A DNA stretch of 46,060 nucleotides from a bacterium (GCA_030426295.1 JAUHYY010000001.1:1-46060), one strand, 5' to 3'; positions 7,859-16,436 are shown, counted from the stretch's first letter. The notes: generated by a model from the letters alone, not told the origin. Numbers and translations: made by a program.

Positions 7859-9103
7859 TTACGGAAGTAAATTTTTAGCCCATCCCTTTAATGTGCTAGC
7901 GGCTTTAGTGAAATCGATCTTTGAGAAATCGATACCAAGTCCGATGTGCGCATCTTCAAATCTGCTTCCCCAAACTAGAAGTCCGATTGCTGATGAATAT
8001 GATGGATCATCAATTTTTTCAACAACTCCTTCGAAGTTAGTCGGGAATCCGATTTGAACAGGTAGGTTAAGTGTTTCCCGAGCAAGGTCTATCGTTCCAG
8101 GCATTTTTGCTCCGGCACCTGTTAGGATTACTCCTGCAGGCAACATTCCGTCTCTATGAATCTTTGCCAGTTCATCTCTTACAAGTAAGAAGATTTCGTG
8201 GTAACGAGCTTGAATGATTTGTGAAAGTGTCTTTCTAGATACTTGCTGCAGATCAATCTTGCTCAAAAGTGATAAGTCGATCATTTCTCTTTCTTGAACT
8301 TCCTCTGGTAGGCAAGTCCCGTATTCGATCTTGATCTTTTCTGCTGTGTCTATTGAAGTTTTTAGTCCAATTGCAACGTCGTTAGTAACATTTTCTCCGC
8401 CAACTGGGATCACTGCTGAATGTAGGATAGTTCCTTCTTCGTATACTGCCATTGATGTAGACCCTGAACCGATATCAACTACGACTACACCAAGTTCTTT
8501 TTGTCTCTTTGATAAAACAGATTCTCCAGGTGCTAGTGAGTTTGGAATAATATCGTTAATGTCTACGCCAGCTTGAAGTACTGATTTTTCAATATTCTTA
8601 ATTGCTGGAACAAGTCCTGTAACAATATGAGCTTCTACTTCCAGTCTGATACCGCTCATTCCTACTGGGTATTTGATTCATTTTTGTTCGTCTACCGTAA
8701 ATGATTTAGGAATAATTCTTAAGATTCTTCTATTTGATGGAATTGAAACTGCTTGTGCAGCTTCTAGCACTCTGTCGATGTCTTCTTCCATAATCTCGCT
8801 GTTTGGGTTTGCAATTGCGATTACCCCTTTTGAGTTTGATGACTCAACATGGTGACCATTAATACCAAGGAATACATGGTGGATTGGTTCGCCTGCCATT
8901 CGTTCAGCGTCTTCAAGTGCAGATGCTATTGAGTTGATTGTTTCTTCTACATCAATAACCATGCTTTTTCTAATTCCAGTTGATGGAGCAATACCTACAC
9001 CAATAATGTTTGGTACTCCAGTTTTTTCATCAACTAAGCCAACGATTACTCGAATTTTTGAGCTACCGATATCTAAGCTTGCTATGATTTTATTTCTCGC
9101 CAT
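7859..9103 (-). CDS. ftsA: Cell division protein FtsA, interrupted by one in-frame TGA (8678-8680)
   Basis: Track ORFs 8678..9103 (SLDIGSSKIRVIVG phosphate-1 motif) and 7859..8659 (VVVDIGSGSTSMAVY, ILTGAGAKMPG) are in the same frame. 141+1+6+266 = 414 codons, a normal FtsA length. The junction reads TVDEQK*IKYPVGMSGIRLEV. Confidence 0.85.
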
Positions 9104-9412
9104 TTTGTTAGTCGTTAGTTATTTGGAAATTAGTAGTCGCCAAAATTCTGCGCTTGTCTAAAGTGGAATCAATGTACAATTTACAGAGTGCTTTTACAAA
9201 CAGTTTTTAGCCGGTTTAGAGTAGGTAGGTATTTACGTAAACATTTTTTGTTCGACTATTCAGGTGGCTACCAAGCGGTATAGTTCTGCTCTAGTGTAAG
9301 CGATATGAGCAGTAATTTGAATTTGCAATAATTTCAAAAGCAGGTGTAGCTATATATTTCCGTGAACCAATTTTGTGTACCCTAGAGTGCAGCCGTGCAA
9401 ATTTTGTGATCG

Positions 9413-10321
9413 CTAAAAGAGGGCTTGTTGTTGGTTGAGGTGCTTGACAGTTTCGAGTTTACTTTCTAAGTTCTCTAGTTTATTTATGAGTGATTTCATT
9501 TCGAGTTGAGTAAAAAATTCTCGGGCAGTTTTAAAACTTATGTTTTGAGTTTTGAAACTTTCTATCTTTGTTTCGATTTCAATATCGTCTTCTAGTGTTG
9601 CAAGTCGTCGACATAAAAATGCCATTTCTTTTCCTTCGATTAGTTTTGTTTTTAGTGCACCTTTTATGTTTTCGATGTTTTCATATATATCTTCGAGGTG
9701 TCCGTACTCTTGTATGAGTTTTGATGCAGTTTTTTCTCCTATTCCGCGGATTCCCGGTAGGTTGTCTGATGAATCACCGTGAAGTCCTTTGTAATCTGGT
9801 ATGAATTCAGGAGTGAATCCGTATTTTTCTACTACTTCGTCTATTCCCATTAGTTTGTTTGGGTTTCTTCCGTGTCCAGGTTTTAGAACTTTGATGTCGT
9901 TAACAAGTTGAAGCAGGTCGAAGTCGTTAGAGTAAACGATTACTTCTGTATTTGGCGTTTCGTTCTCTCGGGCAATTGTTGCTATTAAGTCGTCAGCTTC
10001 TACGCCTGGTTTTTCTACTAGGTTGAATCCGGCTTCAGTTAGGATTTGTTTGATTGGGCCTATTTGAGAATAGAGCTCGTCTGGTGCTTTTTCTCGGTTA
10101 GCTTTGTAGTCTTCGTATTCTTCTTTACGTCTTGTTACTTCTTGTCTGTCGAAGCATACAGCCATATAGTCCGGCTTTTCTGCTATTAGTAGGTTTAATA
10201 ATATAGTGTAAAACCCGAAAACAGCATTAATTTGTTGCCCTTTGGATGTTTTCAGTGGAGGTATAGCATAAAAGCCTCGAAAGACAAGTGCAGTGCCGTC
10301 TATAAGCAGTAATTTGGACAT
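9413..10321 (-). CDS. Stand-alone 5'-3' exonuclease (Pol I N-terminal/FEN-like domain)
   Basis: LLLIDGTALVFRGFYA, GVEADDLIATIA, SSDNLPGIRGIGEKTASKLI (HhH2). At 302 aa there is no polymerase domain. Confidence 0.85.
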   Translation of the reverse strand: MSKLLLIDGTALVFRGFYAIPPLKTSKGQQINAVFGFYTILLNLLIAEKPDYMAVCFDRQEVTRRKEEYEDYKANREKAPDELYSQIGPIKQILTEAGFNLVEKPGVEADDLIATIARENETPNTEVIVYSNDFDLLQLVNDIKVLKPGHGRNPNKLMGIDEVVEKYGFTPEFIPDYKGLHGDSSDNLPGIRGIGEKTASKLIQEYGHLEDIYENIENIKGALKTKLIEGKEMAFLCRRLATLEDDIEIETKIESFKTQNISFKTAREFFTQLEMKSLINKLENLESKLETVKHLNQQQALF

Positions 10322-12560
10322 TGGAAACTATTTTAGAGCTTTAATTTGTGCTATAATAGCAGGATATATTTATTTTAAAAACGTGGGATTAGGAGAAGTT
10401 TTTGAAACAGTTGGTGATTTTGATCAGTCGGTTGAAGATCCGCAGGTTCTTGAAGAATTAAGTTTTGAAGATAGGTGTGCTGAAGTTTTTGGCCCTGATG
10501 CTTTTGAGTCAAATCGAGAAAATCATGAAGCAGAACAAGTTGCTCAAACTTTGGATCAGCTCGAGCCAGATATACTTGCTTTTGCAGAGACAGTTCAGAG
10601 CGTTGCCCCTGCTGGCCGTACAGATTATGTGTTGGAGTTTTACGATGGTTTTCAAGATAAGGAAGCTTTTTTTACTGTCCTAATTAATACGAATAGCGAT
10701 GTGATTATTGAAGCCTTTATTCCTGCGATTTTTGATAGAGATATATTTTTAAGACTTTTATATAATGACAATCTTAAGAGTGAACATATTGATGGCATAC
10801 TAGATTTGATCGAGTCGGAGAACCCATATCTCTTAAGTGAGAATGACTATTTTGCTGATTCTTCTGTTTTTTATGATTTAAGAATGTTGATGTCTAGGCC
10901 TTCATTCAATAGGTCTCATGCACAGCGTATTGTTGAAATGGCTGTAGAATATGATATGAAAGATTTAGTAATTGCATTTTTAGAGTTTGCTCAAAGGGAT
11001 ATATTTGACGATTCAAATGTAGATTTTATGAATATGATTCTGGACCATTTTCATGATGATGAGGTTCGTTTCAGGGTTGTTAGCCTTGCTGCTAATTTTA
11101 GCTTTGCAAGATTTATGGATTTTATTAGGAACCAGGATGCAAGTGATGATTTTGTATTTTATTATTTGGAGAATATAGAATATCAGGGAGGTTTTAGTTA
11201 TGAGTCAGCAGTTGTTAGAAACTATTTTGAAGATAATATTAGTGCTTTATTTGATTATAATATGTCAAGATCGTATGAATTAGCATCTTTACTTATAATG
11301 AAAATTCCTTCTTCTGTTATTGCTGAATTTATATACTGTACACGTTCAATTGAGAAAGATGAAAACATGATACGCTTACTATTTAATAATCGATCAGGAA
11401 CGCCATATGTTGTTGAAGATTTTGTAGAAACTCTTAGTTTTGAAGATGTTTTAGATATTTTAGGTGATGATGATTATACTAGTTCTCAACGTTTAAGGTT
11501 GGTTTTGAATTTAGCTGATGACTTAAAGGAAAGGTTGTTAAATGAATTTCCATTTATGCACGAGAATGTTGCTGGGTGGCAGTCTGGTTTAAATAGTGTT
11601 TTATATGGTGTTGAAGATGCTGACCCTGTTTTCACCTTTATTATTAGAAATTTATCCGCGAATTTTCTTTCACAATTTTCTCTTCCTCAAGGGAATATCT
11701 CTGACTGGCAGAGAATTCTTGGTAGGTATTTTGTTATGAATGAAGTTGCACATGTGGATCCTGAGGCGGTGGAATCTGCTATTGATGATATCAGTGAGTA
11801 TAGAGAAAGGTTTGGGAATATAAGTATATATAGTGGTCGAAATGTGGTTGAGTTTAATTCGTCTGAAGTATGGGTTGGAGATATTAGTAGATTTAATTTA
11901 CCTGAATTACAGGATGCAATTGCTGAGCAGGGGCCTGCCTCATATTTTCATTATGAATTTGAAGCTGATTTAAATACTTATGAAGACCTTTCTGTGCTTG
12001 CTGATGATGGAACATTAATTGAGGGAAGAGTATCTAGAGGGCCCGATGAAAATGTGACTTTTATTAGGAATCATATTCTTGATGCCCCTCCACCATTAAC
12101 TTGTACGTTTAACGGTCATGGTCATCCAACTGCTGTCAGCCTTGAAAATGCAATGTTCAATGTAGCAGATATTGTTAGGATTTTAGCTGAAAGGTATGAG
12201 CGTTATGGTGATGTTGTTTCTGAAGATATTTATATTTTACCTATGTGCTTTGGTAATAATATTGTGAATAATGTTATTACTGAATTAAATAATTTAAACT
12301 TGCCGGCTCCTGTTTTTTTAACATATGCGGAATATAATCAAATTTCATTTGATGAACCACATCTTGCTCTGCGATATGGTAATGTGTTTACTCGAGAGCT
12401 TGTTCAGAAGGAGAATGCAACAATAGGTGATTTTATGGATTTAGATTTTGATAGGAATTTTAATTTATCTAATCCTACTGTAATTGTTCCAAAGCAAGAT
12501 GGCGGCACGATTCAAATCTCGCAAAATGAAATTGAGTTGCCTGACCAAAGGGCGGTATAG
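10293..12560 (+). CDS. Orphan 755-aa acidic protein: helical N-terminal two-thirds, C-terminal region with a caspase-like His/Cys signature
   Basis: Long ORF with no family I can name. LTCTFNGHGHP (His codon 12117-12119) and DIYILPMCFGNN (Cys codon 12246-12248) lie 43 residues apart. True start uncertain; the first 29 nt overlap the divergent exonuclease gene. Confidence 0.55.
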   Translation: MPSISSNLDIGNYFRALICAIIAGYIYFKNVGLGEVFETVGDFDQSVEDPQVLEELSFEDRCAEVFGPDAFESNRENHEAEQVAQTLDQLEPDILAFAETVQSVAPAGRTDYVLEFYDGFQDKEAFFTVLINTNSDVIIEAFIPAIFDRDIFLRLLYNDNLKSEHIDGILDLIESENPYLLSENDYFADSSVFYDLRMLMSRPSFNRSHAQRIVEMAVEYDMKDLVIAFLEFAQRDIFDDSNVDFMNMILDHFHDDEVRFRVVSLAANFSFARFMDFIRNQDASDDFVFYYLENIEYQGGFSYESAVVRNYFEDNISALFDYNMSRSYELASLLIMKIPSSVIAEFIYCTRSIEKDENMIRLLFNNRSGTPYVVEDFVETLSFEDVLDILGDDDYTSSQRLRLVLNLADDLKERLLNEFPFMHENVAGWQSGLNSVLYGVEDADPVFTFIIRNLSANFLSQFSLPQGNISDWQRILGRYFVMNEVAHVDPEAVESAIDDISEYRERFGNISIYSGRNVVEFNSSEVWVGDISRFNLPELQDAIAEQGPASYFHYEFEADLNTYEDLSVLADDGTLIEGRVSRGPDENVTFIRNHILDAPPPLTCTFNGHGHPTAVSLENAMFNVADIVRILAERYERYGDVVSEDIYILPMCFGNNIVNNVITELNNLNLPAPVFLTYAEYNQISFDEPHLALRYGNVFTRELVQKENATIGDFMDLDFDRNFNLSNPTVIVPKQDGGTIQISQNEIELPDQRAV

Positions 12561-12645
12561 ACTTAACTGTCAGCATATCGTCTGTTTGTGGCAAGCTGTA
12601 CAGTGTATTAATCTTTGGTTGGGAGTTTTAATTTGGTCTTAAATC

Positions 12646-12654
12646 TGTTATAAT
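12646..12654 (+). promoter_or_regulatory. Extended -10 element (TGtTATAAT)
   Basis: tgttataat at 12646-12654, 32 nt upstream of ATG 12686. Confidence 0.4.
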
Positions 12655-12685
12655 ACTTAGATAAATAAATAACAAAAAGAACCAA

Positions 12686-13105
12686 ATGAGCCCAGTTAAA
12701 AAGTCTCAAAATCCTAGAATTATGTTGGTTGGGAGTTTTCCGGATATGTTTTTGGAGGGAATTTCTGAGCTTGGGTTTGATTTCTTCTTATACAAAAGTA
12801 GTAAGGCTGAGAAAACTAAAGAAGCTGACATTGTAGTCGTTGGTCTTGATCGTTTGGATCAAGCTGTAGATTTTGTTTGTAAGTCAAAAGCTGTGCCTGT
12901 TGTTAAGAAAGGTACTAGAAGTTTTGTTAATTTTGATCCACTTGCTGAAGAAGGAAATGCATTCCTGTATGAAGGTGGTTCTCAATGGCATATGCTACAA
13001 GCTCTAATTCGAGCTGTAGAGACTTATAAGTTCGAATACGATTGGAAGGTCGTATGTGACCAAGTGAATGAGCTAGTGCTCGAAAATGTGCCTACTCCAG
13101 TTTAG
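12686..13105 (+). CDS. Hypothetical 139-aa protein, faint resemblance to the C-terminal lobe of GT-B glycosyltransferases
   Basis: EEGNAFLYEGGSQWHMLQALIRAVETYK resembles the glycogen-synthase-type C-terminal helix region. This is resemblance from memory only. Confidence 0.35.
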   Translation: MSPVKKSQNPRIMLVGSFPDMFLEGISELGFDFFLYKSSKAEKTKEADIVVVGLDRLDQAVDFVCKSKAVPVVKKGTRSFVNFDPLAEEGNAFLYEGGSQWHMLQALIRAVETYKFEYDWKVVCDQVNELVLENVPTPV

Positions 13106-13503
13106 TCTAGAGTTCTAATCCCTGAGCCGTTACTCGATTGAAGATCCTGACTTATGTTTTGGATTATTTTTATGATTTCTTCGAATCTAATGTATTCGAT
13201 TGTGTTTAGTCCGATAACTTGACCTACAGCGTTTACAATAATGATTGCAAAGATTGTTACGATAAGACCTATGATTGCGTAACGGATTGTACTAACTGCT
13301 TGTTTGATTTTGTCTTCTTGTCCTCCAGATAAAATAAATGAAATCCCACCTATGAAGATGAAGATTACTGATAAAAGTCCAGCGGCAATAATTGCATAAG
13401 CAAGACCTCTGTTAATTAGTTCTGTAATATCAAGGCTCTCTGCTGTATCGAGTAGGGAACCTTCAGTGATCTGTGCGAAATATAAGAATTTGTTTATAAG
13501 CAT
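13102..13503 (-). CDS. Small two-TM membrane protein, TrbC/VirB2 (T4SS pilin)-like
   Basis: AYAIIAAGLLSVIFIFIGGISFILSGGQEDKIKQAVSTIRYAIIGLIVTIFAIIIVNAV matches the TM, GG..d.k, TM layout of pilin-like proteins common in reduced genomes. Confidence 0.5.
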   Translation of the reverse strand: MLINKFLYFAQITEGSLLDTAESLDITELINRGLAYAIIAAGLLSVIFIFIGGISFILSGGQEDKIKQAVSTIRYAIIGLIVTIFAIIIVNAVGQVIGLNTIEYIRFEEIIKIIQNISQDLQSSNGSGIRTLD

Positions 13504-13518
13504 TTGTTTTTATCTAAA

Positions 13519-13550
13519 GAAAAAACTCACCAACTTGCATTGGTGAGTTT
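13519..13550 (-). terminator. Rho-independent terminator after the KH-domain gene
   Basis: Stem ctcaccaa (13526-13533) pairs with ttggtgag (13540-13547), loop cttgca. The A-run at 13520-13525 is a T-run on the minus strand. Confidence 0.75.
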
Positions 13551-13580
13551 ATCAAAGTTTCTATTTTTGATGAAGAGATT

Positions 13581-13886
13581 TTATAATCCTAGTTCATCAT
13601 CGATACCAGCGTCTGGAAGGTTAACTTCTTCTCCGCTTGGTTCAAGAATTTTAAGATTTACTCTTTCTTCATTCTTAGATCCGATAAGTCTTAGTAGAAC
13701 TCTCATAGCTTTAGCGGTTTGACCATTTCTACCAATGATCTTACCCATGTCGTCTTTAGCAACTTTAAGAGTAATTAGTACTCCTAGGTCATCGATTGTT
13801 CTGTCGATAACTACTTCATCTGGGCTGTCTACGATATTCTTAACTACGAACTGTAAAAAATCTACGTCTTTGTGTGTGTTGTCCAT
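13581..13886 (-). CDS. KH-domain RNA-binding protein (YlqC/UPF0109 family)
   Basis: VLITLKVAKDDMGKIIGRNGQTAKAMRVLL contains the GxxG KH motif. Conserved position directly downstream of rpsP. Confidence 0.85.
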   Translation of the reverse strand: MDNTHKDVDFLQFVVKNIVDSPDEVVIDRTIDDLGVLITLKVAKDDMGKIIGRNGQTAKAMRVLLRLIGSKNEERVNLKILEPSGEEVNLPDAGIDDELGL

Positions 13887-13937
13887 CTTGAATTAAAGGT
13901 TAACGAATTAAAAACACAAATTAAATTTGCTTTATTA

Positions 13938-14540
13938 TTATTCTGATTTTTCTTCAGATTCTTCTGAAGTTTCTTTGGCTGGAGCTTCCTCAGCAGCTGG
14001 TTCTTCAGCTGGAGCTTCCTCAGCAGCTGGTTCTTCAGCTGGAGCTTCCTCAGCAGCTGGTTCTTCAGCTGGAGCTTCCTCAGCAGCTGGTTCTTCAGCT
14101 GGAGCTTCTTCAGCAGCTGGTTCTTCAGCTGGAGCTTCTTCAGCAGCTGGTTCTTCAGCAGCTGGTTCTTCAGCAGCTGGTTCTTCAGCTGGAGCTTCCT
14201 CAGCAGCTGGTTCTTCAGCTGGAGCTTCTGGAGCCTCTTCTTCTTCTGGAGCGTTTTTCTTTCTTCTTTTCTTGTCTCGGTTTCCGATATATTTGTCCAT
14301 ATCAGACATTCCTAGACCTTTAAGAAGAGAAGCAACTGTGTCAGTTGGTTGAGCTCCTTTAGATATCCATTCTTTAATTTTATCTTGATCAACTTCAAGA
14401 ACTTTAGGGTTTTGAGTTGGAAGATAGTGACCTACTAGGTCGATATATTTCTTTTTTACTGCTTGAGATTTCTCAGCAACAACAATTCTGTATGCAGGCA
14501 GGTTTTTTCTACCGATACGTTGGAGTCTTATTCTTAACAA
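13938..14540 (-). CDS. rpsP: 30S ribosomal protein S16 with a C-terminal acidic Pro/Ala/Glu repeat extension of about 110 aa; TTG start
   Basis: [24 protein letters not shown]...[13 protein letters not shown] is canonical S16. It is followed by ([10 protein letters not shown])n. Start codon TTG at 14538-14540. Confidence 0.9.
   Translation of the reverse strand: MLRIRLQRIGRKNLPAYRIVVAEKSQAVKKKYIDLVGHYLPTQNPKVLEVDQDKIKEWISKGAQPTDTVASLLKGLGMSDMDKYIGNRDKKRRKKNAPEEEEAPEAPAEEPAAEEAPAEEPAAEEPAAEEPAAEEAPAEEPAAEEAPAEEPAAEEAPAEEPAAEEAPAEEPAAEEAPAEEPAAEEAPAKETSEESEEKSE
13975..14235. repeat. Tandem 30-nt coding repeat (ggagcttcctcagcagctggttcttcagct, about 8 units) inside the rpsP 3' half
   Basis: Near-perfect units are visible from 13981 to 14220, with one 15-nt half-unit variant around 14155-14185. 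Confidence 0.95.
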
Positions 14541-14573
14541 GTTTTTCTGGGTTAAACCTATAAAAAAGCGTGA

Positions 14574-14882
14574 TTAGTCTAGCGCCTTTTCTTTTAAAGT
14601 CAAGCTGAGTTTCTTTACGCTTTCTTTACCCAGTTTTTGGTTTATCAACTTGATAAATTTGGCCTTATTATAAAATAGCTCTTGAGAGGCTACGGATCCC
14701 TTTGTGTAAACAAAAACCGTGTTTTCTTTGAAAGATCTGATTTTTACGATTTTGACTAGTCGTGGAAATTCCGCTGCCAGTATGTCTCTAGCTATAGAGC
14801 AAACATGAGCTCCTTCCATCTGTTTTTGAAGTCCTAGGTGGTTGATCGTCTTTTGTACTTGGCTTTGAAAAGTTTCGAACAA
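14574..14882 (-). CDS. DUF721/DciA-like protein
   Basis: IRSFKENTVFVYTKGSVASQELFYNKAKFIKLINQKLGKESVKKLSL follows the DUF721 pattern. The track start is TTG at 14880-14882; the true start is uncertain. Confidence 0.5.
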   Translation of the reverse strand: MFETFQSQVQKTINHLGLQKQMEGAHVCSIARDILAAEFPRLVKIVKIRSFKENTVFVYTKGSVASQELFYNKAKFIKLINQKLGKESVKKLSLTLKEKALD

Positions 14883-14890
14883 GGGGAAGT

Positions 14891-14929
14891 AATTATAATA
14901 CGTAATACATAATTATAATTACGTATTAT
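14891..14929. repeat. AT-rich inverted repeat (ataatacgtaat ... attacgtattat) overlapping the GT4 stop codon
   Basis: 12-bp arms at 14895-14906 and 14918-14929. The 18-mer attataattacgtattat (14912-14929) recurs exactly at 27171-27188. Confidence 0.6.
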
Positions 14930-16011
14930 GCATTATTATACAACTCAAGAGTTTCTTTTGCCATTTTTTCGAATGAGAAGTCTTTAAGTCTTTGCTGGCC
15001 GTTTTCGATTAGTTGGCTTCTGTATTCTTCGTCAGTAAGTATTTTGTTTACTTTTAATGCTATGTCTTGAGGGTCTATAGGCGAAAAAGTCGTAACTCCG
15101 TTTGATCCGATTTCTGGTAGGCATGCTTTGTTTGAGCAAGCAACTGGTGTTTTTGTTGAGAAGGCTTCTAAGATAGGGAGTCCGAAGCCTTCGTATAGAG
15201 ATGGATAAATATAACAGTCGGCGTTTTCGTAAATTTTTGCTAAGTCAGATTCGCTTACTAGTCCTGTTGTTATTACTTCGTTTTCTAGCCCGAGCTCTTG
15301 GATCTTGTTTCTTGTTTCTGGGTAATGAGGATCTTCTTTACCTGTGATTACTAGTTTCCCTTGATAACTATAATCGGACTTTAAGATGTTGAATGCGCGA
15401 ACTAAGTTTATTAAGTTTTTATGGCTTCGCCAGTTACCTGTATATAGAAGGTATTTTTCTGGTAGTTTGATAGATGAGCTGTGATTGGTTTTGAAGCTTT
15501 CGGCTAATCCAAGGTAGATGTTTTGAGTTTTCTTTTTAGTAAATCTATAGAGTTCGTGTAAATCGTTTTCTGTGTTTTTCGAAACTGTAATGATTTTTTT
15601 TGCTTTTAGAATTGAGGCTTTGAATATGATTTTGTATGCGAGTCTTTTGATTAAGCTTGTGTATTTTTTCCCTGGGTAGTAGTGAAGTGTTAAGTCGTGA
15701 ATTGTCACTATCTGTTTTCTTAGTGTTAAGAGTGGGGTATTAAAATGTGTGAAATGGATTAGGTCTGGCTTAGTTTGCTTTATTGCTAGTGGGAAAATAG
15801 TTTGTTCTTTAAGGGAATATATTGGTGCGTTTACCAAATATTTTTTGAAGTTCGGGGTAGGACATTTGAAGTTTTCGAACTCAGGGTTTTTAAAATATAG
15901 AATGTATTCATTCTTAGTATCTATTTTTGCTAGGTTTTTAATTAATTCGTCTACGTATCTTCCGATTCCGAATTCAGTAGAGTAGAGGCGACAGTCGATT
16001 CCGATTCTCAT
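14926..16011 (-). CDS. Family 4 glycosyltransferase (GT-B, Glycos_transf_1)
   Basis: YPSLYEGFGLPILEAFSTKTPVACSN is the EX7E-region signature. Start moved to ATG 16009-16011 (MRIGIDCRLY). Confidence 0.85.
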   Translation of the reverse strand: MRIGIDCRLYSTEFGIGRYVDELIKNLAKIDTKNEYILYFKNPEFENFKCPTPNFKKYLVNAPIYSLKEQTIFPLAIKQTKPDLIHFTHFNTPLLTLRKQIVTIHDLTLHYYPGKKYTSLIKRLAYKIIFKASILKAKKIITVSKNTENDLHELYRFTKKKTQNIYLGLAESFKTNHSSSIKLPEKYLLYTGNWRSHKNLINLVRAFNILKSDYSYQGKLVITGKEDPHYPETRNKIQELGLENEVITTGLVSESDLAKIYENADCYIYPSLYEGFGLPILEAFSTKTPVACSNKACLPEIGSNGVTTFSPIDPQDIALKVNKILTDEEYRSQLIENGQQRLKDFSFEKMAKETLELYNNA

Positions 16012-16139
16012 ATAAAGGTATTTAATAGGATTGGAGTATATAATAGTGATATTGTAAAACAAAAGTGATTCTTGAAGGTTTGACATTTTGGGAAAAAGTC
16101 TTAAGATTCCTAGCTGAATATTTTTTAACCATATTTATT

Positions 16140-16436
16140 ATGGGAACTTTAGAATCTCCAGATGTACTTGGAGTGATAGAAGAAGGTTCAGGTATTGAGG
16201 TTTCGAAAGACCGAGAGTCTGGGCCAATAGCATTAATCACTACTTCTTTAAGGAGAATTTTAAGTGTAGGTGTTAACGGTATTACTTCAAGTGGTGATAA
16301 TTTTCCTACTGTACCTTTGAGAAACGGTTACGGTGAGATCTCTCAAACTTATGATATGAGGGGGCTTGAAATTGATGATAGAGGTAAAATTGTTGACCGA
16401 AGAACTGGTAAAAGTGCTGCTGATGGTTGGATGTAA
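16140..16436 (+). CDS. Hypothetical small protein
   Basis: ORF only; start taken at MGTLESPD because the longer 16065 start would overlap the divergent GT4 gene region. Confidence 0.3.
   Translation: MGTLESPDVLGVIEEGSGIEVSKDRESGPIALITTSLRRILSVGVNGITSSGDNFPTVPLRNGYGEISQTYDMRGLEIDDRGKIVDRRTGKSAADGWM

Noticed and set aside
8600-8680. Selenocysteine insertion at the ftsA UGA
   Set aside because: The position aligns with Gly, not Cys. Downstream I see only weak 5-bp stems (atacc/ggtat and ccagt/actgg), not a SECIS-like hairpin. No sel genes or tRNA-Sec are in the window.
9104-9412. tmRNA, RNase P RNA, SRP RNA or 6S RNA in the large ftsA-upstream gap
   Set aside because: None of the conserved blocks I know are present: GAGGAAAGUCC for RNase P, a tRNA-like end with GGUUCGA...CCA for tmRNA, or the GGAAGCAGCC-type SRP domain IV. 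The gap is kept only as a low-interest finding.
13975-14235. Possible CRISPR array or non-coding satellite
   Set aside because: The units are directly abutting with no spacers, have a period of 30 nt (a multiple of 3), and lie in frame inside rpsP.
13927-14352. 141-aa plus-strand ORF ([10 protein letters not shown] repeats)
   Set aside because: It is a shadow ORF on the opposite strand of the rpsP tandem repeat. It is open only because the 30-nt repeat lacks stops in that frame. The minus strand encodes a bona fide S16.
16079-16107. TTGACA-17-AAGATT as a promoter for the 16140 ORF
   Set aside because: The -10 hexamer is poor and the downstream ORF is itself weakly supported, so I did not list it as a feature.
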